DNA of 62,892 bases, counting the filler, from Asterionella formosa (Eukaryota), in assembly GCA_002256025.1 (NCBI GenBank). It is 21 parts of 21 records of this genome, joined end to end, with 100 filler letters (N's around TTAATTAATTAA, not from the genome) between each part and the next. Parts side by side here need not be neighbours in the genome. Positions count along the whole stretch, not along the records: positions 55,895 to 57,569 come from NKIB01001540.1; positions 57,670 to 59,344 come from NKIB01001541.1; positions 59,445 to 61,118 come from NKIB01001542.1; positions 61,219 to 62,892 come from NKIB01001543.1; 17 more parts are not named here. One strand, given 5' to 3'. The notes beneath the pieces were generated by a model. The model ran no database searches. It saw only the letters and a program-made list of their open reading frames with translations, and was not told the origin of the DNA. Below, in pieces: positions 56,036-62,892 of the stretch (positions are counted from its first letter, which is position 1; every line of letters begins with the position of its first letter). The position numbers and the translations under genes are program-made.

Positions 56036-57202
56036 ATGAATCGTAAGACAAAAGGTAAGCATCTGGATAAGGAGGATCGTTATGAGAAACCGCAAATTGA
56101 CATGACTACCAAACCAGCCATTAACGTGGCCACTACCTTGACAGCCTTATCGGCAAGGCGATTCAATCCCATTCCTCAAAAGCGTGCATTCATAACTAAA
56201 ACGCCGCGTATACAACGCGCCCTCAGGAGTGATGGGCCGATCCAAACACCGGAGTCGCTAAAAAAAATACCAGGAGAGAAAAGGAAATTTCGACCTGATC
56301 CGGCTTAGGCAGACTCTGGATCATTGAAAGTTGCGCCATCGAAGGAGGAGGAGGAGGGTGTTCCAGTGCTGCGGGAAGAGTTGAAAGCAATACAATCTGA
56401 TATGGCGCAGATGATGGCTGTGTTTATGGGTGCTATGTCTAACTTTCAGCCTCAGTGTCAGGATGAACTTCAAACATTAACAGAAGCGGTATTATCTCAT
56501 GAATCGAAAGCCACAGTTGGACCAACACAACAGTTGTTTGAACCTGCACTGTGTCCTGTTTGTCAGGTGCAGTTAAACTTTCTGTCCACTGCCGCAGACC
56601 TACAGCTTCCTTTCATCAAAGCCGGCGTCGCCAAAGCGATGATGACACATTCCTGTAGGTGGCATAGAGAAGAGCCTGTATGGAATGCTCTTCCCAAGCT
56701 TGACTTGGATATGCGATCCTTGCATGGTAGGTCTAAGCCGACAACTGCAACAGTATTAGGTTTGGTTTCCTACAGTTTGGCATCCTTGGCTCGAGCAATT
56801 CGGTTGCCCAAAACAGATGGTTGGATTGACCAATGGAATGACGTCAAAAACAAGATAATATATCGCATTGGTTATGCCCAACGCTTATGTTCAGAATGCC
56901 CTATCTATCTGCAAGGACGGACAACTTTCTTAGGTGCAACTGGAGAAACTCTCGCGGCTCAGCGGCTGTGGTTAAAGAACGAAGCAGCAAAGTATTTGGA
57001 CAACCTTTGTATCAACACAAAGAGCTCTCCTCCAAGTGAACATTGGTATTCAATAACAACAGCTGCTAGAAAGAGGAATCTAGTCCAGATCTTCTTTCTA
57101 GACGCACAGTTCCATCGTGAATGCAGAATATTACCTCCTGAGACATTACCCCCGGGTGAACACTTTCGAATCAATAGATCAATAGAAGATATAGACAATT
57201 AA
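56036..57202 (+). pseudogene. Unknown ~388-codon frame with one internal TAG (56306)
   Basis: ORFs 56036-56308 and 56324-57202 are in the same frame, separated by a single stop. No family recognised. Confidence 0.45.
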
Positions 57203-58793
57203 CAAAAAGATTAGTAGATGCTGAAATATGAATTGAGATAGATCAACATATAATAGGAACAAATCACAAAAGCATTAGCACATGTTTAAATATGAATTGA
57301 GATAGATGATACACAAAGTTACAATTGAGAACAATCAGCACCATGTAGGGTATAGATTAAAAAATCCGGGTTGTGACATGTAAATGATAAGAAGCATTGA
57401 TCCATTGTGAGTCAACGGAATACCATCTTATTCGGTACTATATTCCAATGAGTTGAGTGGTTCTTAGGTATGGATTGCTCCAATATTGATGAAGTTATTG
57501 ACAAGTCAGTAGTGGTAACAATCACCACCGTGTAGGGTGTAGGTGAAAAAATCCGGGCTGTGACATGTANNNNNNNNNNNNNNNNNNNNNNNNNNNNNNN
57601 NNNNNNNNNNNNNTTAATTAATTAANNNNNNNNNNNNNNNNNNNNNNNNNNNNNNNNNNNNNNNNNNNNTAATTCATTACAAATAGGCAATGCCTGCGCT
57701 AACAATTCCGAACAAAGACGAAGGAGAATAGGAGAGGAGATCCGCCCACAACAAGCAACAGCAAACAATATCAGCAGAAGCCAAGAAAACATTGCATTTG
57801 CTTACCATGCATACATTTGTCCCCTATGCACCAGAGGAATCCTTTCAACAATGCGACTAACAAATGATTGATAGCCTGCCTGACACAGGATAGCCATCCT
57901 GCCACAGGCAGAGCACGACGCAGTTCATTATTCCCAAGGTTCAATCCTGCCCTGCCAAAAACAGATTGATTGTCTGTAGAAAAAGAACAAGGTTCGCAGA
58001 GTATGTTCATGACTGACCACTTTTCCAATTCCAAACGGCACAAGTAAGAGGAAGAACGAAATGGAGGTAAAGGAACTACAACAGCAATCAAACATAGTTC
58101 CGAACACAAGACGAAGAAAACGAGCAACAGTGCAGAGCAACAACAAAAAGAACAACAGCAATGTGACAAAAGACCTGTTTCCATTTCCCAAAATATTAAC
58201 TGCTTACCATAATTTCTCGAACTTTCAGATGCATCCTTTCTGTGATGACAAGCAAGGAGAAACAAAAAATGCCTGCCTGTTTCTTCCAGAGGAACCGGCC
58301 CACAACAGAGTCCTTCTTGTTATCTGGAAGCGAAGAACAAGATTCACAGAGTCAGATGATGGCTGGTCTTTAACAAACAAGACCTTTTTACATTCCACAT
58401 CAAACAATGCATGTTCAAGTTCAAACGCAGGGCGAGGAACACCAAGGAAGAGAAGGGGCATTATACAGCCACAGTAACCACAACGAAAGAGCAATAGAAT
58501 AAGAACAAGAAAAATGACAGCAGAAACAAAAACAGCAGGGACAGCGATAACGACAACGAGAACACAACCATGATAGAAGAAAAGACGACAAAAACGACAA
58601 CAATAACAATAACAATAACAATAACAATAATTTCATTTTACTATGAATGTGATATTTTGTTCCTTTCATTCCAGCAGCTGCTTTTCGTTAAGAAAGCTGG
58701 CGCGGACAGTCCTCCTCGCCAACATTCATTTTGTACTAAATTTTTGTACATTGTACTTCAGAAAAAGCTGGCGCAGTCTATGCTTAGTCAGTA

Positions 58794-59344
58794 TTGATCA
58801 AATTCGTCATCAGGATGCGTAAAATTTTCGGTGCTTGCTGTGGACTGATGACCAGTGCTGTAGCAACCTAAATTCCAATTCATTTCTTTCTCAACCAATT
58901 TGATGCCGATTTCTATCTAATATATTATTTGATGTACCCGAAATCAAAGGCTTCTTGTCGAATGTCGATATGCTCAAAACGAACGTATATTGTCCAAAGG
59001 AGGCATCAGGATGTGTAAATTTTAGGACCACTGCTTTAACAACCAAACTTCCAATTCATCTTTCTCTACCAATTCATTGTCAATTTCTATCTAGCATAGT
59101 ATTCGATTTATACGAGATTTCAATGCCGATATTTCGAATGTCGATATGCTCGCTCAGAACGAACATACATTGATCAAATTGCTCATCAGGATGGTGTGTA
59201 AATTTTCGGTACTTGTGGCTTGATCATTAGTGCAGTAGCAACAAAAATTCCAAACAACCCTTCTCAACCAATTTAAGGCAGATTTGTATCTAGCATAGTA
59301 TTTGATGTACACAAAATCAATGCAGTCATGTCGAATGTTCATAT
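58794..59344 (+). repeat. Three diverged tandem units of about 180-195 bp
   Basis: CATCAGGATG..TAAATTTT, TTCCAA, ACCAATT, TATCTA and TCGAATGT..ATAT recur from about 58794, 58989 and 59169. Confidence 0.75.
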
Positions 59345-59444
59345 NNNNNNNNNNNNNNNNNNNNNNNNNNNNNNNNNNNNNNNNNNNNTTAATTAATTAA
59401 NNNNNNNNNNNNNNNNNNNNNNNNNNNNNNNNNNNNNNNNNNNN

Positions 59445-60900
59445 AGTGCGAACTTAGCGATATTTGTTCCTTGTTACACAAGGATAAAAATAGTCTAGAG
59501 GATATTTTAATTCATGTGATGCGCATTGCTACTGGGAAAACAAATGGTTTAAAGACTCTTTATGAACGTTGAATTTGACATCGTAATGTCAATATTTAAC
59601 GGCAAGATTTATGCAGAGTGGAGAAGCATAATCATTTGATTTTACTTCAAACAAAAAATATTAAGCTGTTGTCAGATTCTTGGGGCTTCGACAACACTAT
59701 TTCAGTAACTGATCAGCATATGCGAGTAACATGAAGAATGCTTACAGACACCTTGGCATTATTTCAAAACATTTCGTGCATTTTGGTCGATCAGCTGGTT
59801 CAGTCAAAGCAGAATTGGATGAACTTGATGGCTATAACATCAATGACCTTGGAAATTTGAATGTGGATACTCGACGTGATGTTTATTCAGCTAAACTGCC
59901 AATGAAAACCATGCGTGTTATGGCTGACCATCCAGATGAAAACGGAAGTGTTTTTTTGCCACGAGATCATATCAAACATCAAACCTTCAATGACCCTGCA
60001 ACAAACAATCTTTCCATTTATTGAAAAAAAATTGAATCTATTGATGCAGCTACCAATTCTACCGCCTTTGCTTTTCTTAATTTGCTCTCTTGCCTCCGTG
60101 TCGTCATTCTGCAAGATGCAGCAACAATGATATTGAATGGTTGGGGTCATTTTTTGTTCACATTGGATGTGTTTAACTGTGAAGAGTTCAAAGAATGTTG
60201 AAAGAATATGAGTCATCATCTGAATTTGGTTCAGGATCCAGTGGATCTTAGAATTGACTCTATTTTACCTGGTGTCAGAGATCGATTTACAAATTTGCAT
60301 TCTGAAATGAGAGCAAACTTTTCACAATTGAACGACAGAGTTGATGGCTTAGTTCTACCACAACACTTACAGTCTCTTTTGAATCATTTGTCATCCTTCG
60401 GTTTTTCATCCTCTGCATAGTCCTCATCATCAATACAAAGTAATAGATCTTTGAATGATCAAAGTGTGTCAACATCTGTTAGTGCCATTCACATGAAGAA
60501 AAATGAAAATGGATGTCCAAGGTATGAACTGTATAAGAATCATTTGAGACACCTGTCGATTTGGCATGAATGGTTTGGTACACACTTCTTTGATCACAAT
60601 AATAATCTAGGGTGTTTCCAGGGTGGCATTTTTCAGCTAGAAGCGAAATTCACAAACCAATGGCGTTTCAATTTCACTCAAGCAGAAAGCAAAAGATTTT
60701 CAAGAATCAAGCTAGAAGTTAAGCGCATTGAAGCCCTCATTTTGAAGACAAACAAAACATCAACAATTATTCTGCAAGTTGTAGATGATTCCTTAACCAG
60801 CTTGAATTCGAAAATGATTACCATAACAAACATTGAGCAGCATCTGACAACAAATTTCGACTTTCTAGCATTGCAAATTTCTAATCAAGGTTTGACATCT
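59445..60900 (+). mobile_element. Degenerate Crypton-type tyrosine-recombinase DNA transposon (Ndc10-II-like + GCR1_C-like)
   Basis: ATGKTNG...Y.R..*HRNV, HFGR (HxxR), GN.N....DVYSAKLP...MRVMA and VILQDAA, then IWHEWFG...GGIFQLEAKF...WR.....ESKRFSR. Confidence 0.78.
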
Positions 60901-62152
60901 TCACCATCAGCTACTGAGATGCCTGCAGTGAAGGCAAAAAGTGTCATCAAACCTACAGTTAAATTTGAATTGACAGCTAAACCTGCATACAAGGATCATA
61001 TTCCACAAACCAAAGTTGGAACCATTACTGAAGCAATTGAAGTAGCCAAAGTTGTGAAAGTTGGTGATGCATACAATTCTACATTGATGACAACCAGTAT
61101 GTGTGATGTGTGTGGTGANNNNNNNNNNNNNNNNNNNNNNNNNNNNNNNNNNNNNNNNNNNNTTAATTAATTAANNNNNNNNNNNNNNNNNNNNNNNNNN
61201 NNNNNNNNNNNNNNNNNNACACATTATTTTACAGAAATATGCATCAGTTACTTCCTCAATTTGTGGTAAGTGAAGATAGAAGCGAAATGCATGTTGTTGT
61301 GTGAGCAAAACATGAACAGCTAACAATGAATTGCTTCTCTTTGTTGTTAGTATGATTGGGACAACGAAACGGATTGAATAGTAATGGGAAAATGCGTGAA
61401 TGCAAACTCAGATCCGTCAGGAGTAAAAGGAAAGCAGGGGAACAAGGCAGGGCAAGGCAACCATTACAACAACATTCAGAATTGGATTGGGGGGAAGGTC
61501 GAAGTGAAAGCACCAATCATTTCAATGAGAGAATTGTAGAAAATTCTGTAGCCACTTGTGATATAGTAGAAACATAGAACCATTCTTAAATATAGTTCTA
61601 AATTTCGATCCATTTCATCCTATTTTAGACAGTGATTTCAAGTAGGTGGAACGATTTTTTCTTGATTCTCTATTTAAGTGATGTCAATTGGTAGTTGATT
61701 TACATTTTCAAACTGACTATTTTGTATATCATTGCTGATACAGCTACCTGGTAGAAATCTGCTCACAACGATTAGAAAATAATGAGAATTTGCTAACATG
61801 ACTAGAAACTGCTGACCATGACTTGAAAGTGCTGACCATGACTTGAAATTACTGATTTTTTTATTGGTGAATTCCATAAGCAAACCATCATCCAGTTGCT
61901 GAATACCATTTCCAGTAGTAGCTACCGGTAGTAATGAACACGATTTCGATGATCAGAACACGTGGATTTAATGAAAGATAATTTAACATCAAAGAAAGTA
62001 ATGAAAAGCCAGTCTATCTTGTCTGGCAGGCATGAGACAATCCATTTGGAGTGCATCGAAACTGAAAAGGTGCGCATAAAACGTCCTCTACCGGACCTTC
62101 CAGTGTACCGGTAGATATTGTACCTGTACCGCGACCCGGTACCAGGTGCTCC

Positions 62153-62188
62153 ACCAGGTACCAGGTACCAGGTACCAGGTACCAGGTG
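62153..62188 (+). repeat. (ACCAGGT)5 heptamer array
   Basis: Perfect tandem copies of the motif that recurs in degenerate form in many intergenic stretches. Confidence 0.85.
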
Positions 62189-62420
62189 AGCAATCCTGCA
62201 CATCGATACAGATATATATAGAGTTGGGGTTATGTCAAATATATCGGAATTCAATAATGAGAGAACTCGACTAACACCCATTCTATACTTTGATGTCAGT
62301 TCAGGAAATGAGTTATACATAAGGATTAATTAATAAGCTCATATATTCAACAAATACTACTACTTCTAGTTAGATACTTCACTTTGAATTCAAAAAGAGT
62401 CGAATTAGAAGACAACAAAC

Positions 62421-62892
62421 ATGGCAATGTATTCAAGGGTTCCTGTGATTCCTTTGATCAAAGACTACAATGTATTGACTATCAAAACTAAAACGTTCAG
62501 AGTTGCTTTAACCGGTGGAAGGTTTGAATCGTTTGATCAAGATATGATCGATGGAAGCTCAGTGGAAGCATTGTTAATTGGAGTTAGTCAATTTCGTGAT
62601 ATGGCTAACACATGTGACTTTAGCCCTGCAGATACCTTTTCCTATTTTAAAAGGTGTTTGACAGACATTGCCTTATCGGATTGGTTGAATGTGGAAGTAC
62701 ACCCAGAAGATCAATCTTACGATAGTTTCGAAGAAGCGATGGCTTTATGGTTAGACGATCGTTTGCCAAATGAGAGTTTTCAACATCAACGACAATGGAT
62801 GCTACGTTATTTATCTAAACCCTTTTCCATGTTGGTAATGGATTACGGAGCTCGTATTAAAACTTTAAACAGGCTACTTCAACTAATGCCTC
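62421..62892 (+). mobile_element. Ty3/gypsy-like gag (capsid) 5' fragment, open to the window end
   Basis: An uninterrupted 157-codon frame: F.YFKRCL...A..DW...SFEEAM...QRQWMLRYLSKPFSM...YGARIKTLNRLLQLMP, a pattern typical of stramenopile LTR-element Gag. Confidence 0.6.

Noticed and set aside
57670..58670. Overlapping ORFs rich in Leu/Cys or Thr/Ile
   Set aside because: They arise from low-complexity (AAC/AATAAC)n sequence and show no recognisable domain.
1681..61218. Regularly recurring TTAATTAATTAA flanked by Ns, and ORFs ending in X-runs or LIN
   Set aside because: Artificial linkers. The ~1.78-kb period reflects contig sorting, and the ORF ends there are not real stops.

Overview
This window is not one locus. 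It is 21 contigs joined by 20 artificial 100-nt linkers (N44-TTAATTAATTAA-N44): one 27.4-kb contig (3560-30919) and twenty contigs of about 1.67 kb. Almost all of it is eukaryotic nuclear DNA, most likely from a diatom. The evidence is short GT-AG introns, an ASAFAP-type plastid presequence, a PGRL1 fragment, an RXL/KxxK secreted protein and diatom-type transposons. One very GC-rich contig (50568-52243) is bacterial and encodes a subtilase with a 9x GF(V/I)LSE tail. Host genes: amino-acid transporter, ALG12, a STAND ATPase, METTL2/6-like tRNA methyltransferase, an S1 protease, PPIL4/CYP59, a plastid MsrB-like protein, a DnaJ protein and an ACSBG-like ligase. Transposon remnants: Copia, Gypsy, LINE, YR/DIRS-like, Crypton, Harbinger, CACTA end, MITE and tRNA-SINEs. 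Main highlights: (1) two copies of an IRAK/Pelle-like kinase-LRR gene that are about 99% identical except at the exposed residues of two LRR units, a candidate diversifying immune receptor; (2) an old tandem duplication of a four-gene block with reciprocal, strand-sorted gene loss; (3) tRNA-derived SINEs, one with a target-site duplication inside a tyrosine-recombinase element; (4) PGRL1 fragments linked to one repeat family; (5) the bacterial subtilase repeat tail. All alignments and counts were done by eye, and family calls come from motif recognition rather than database searches.
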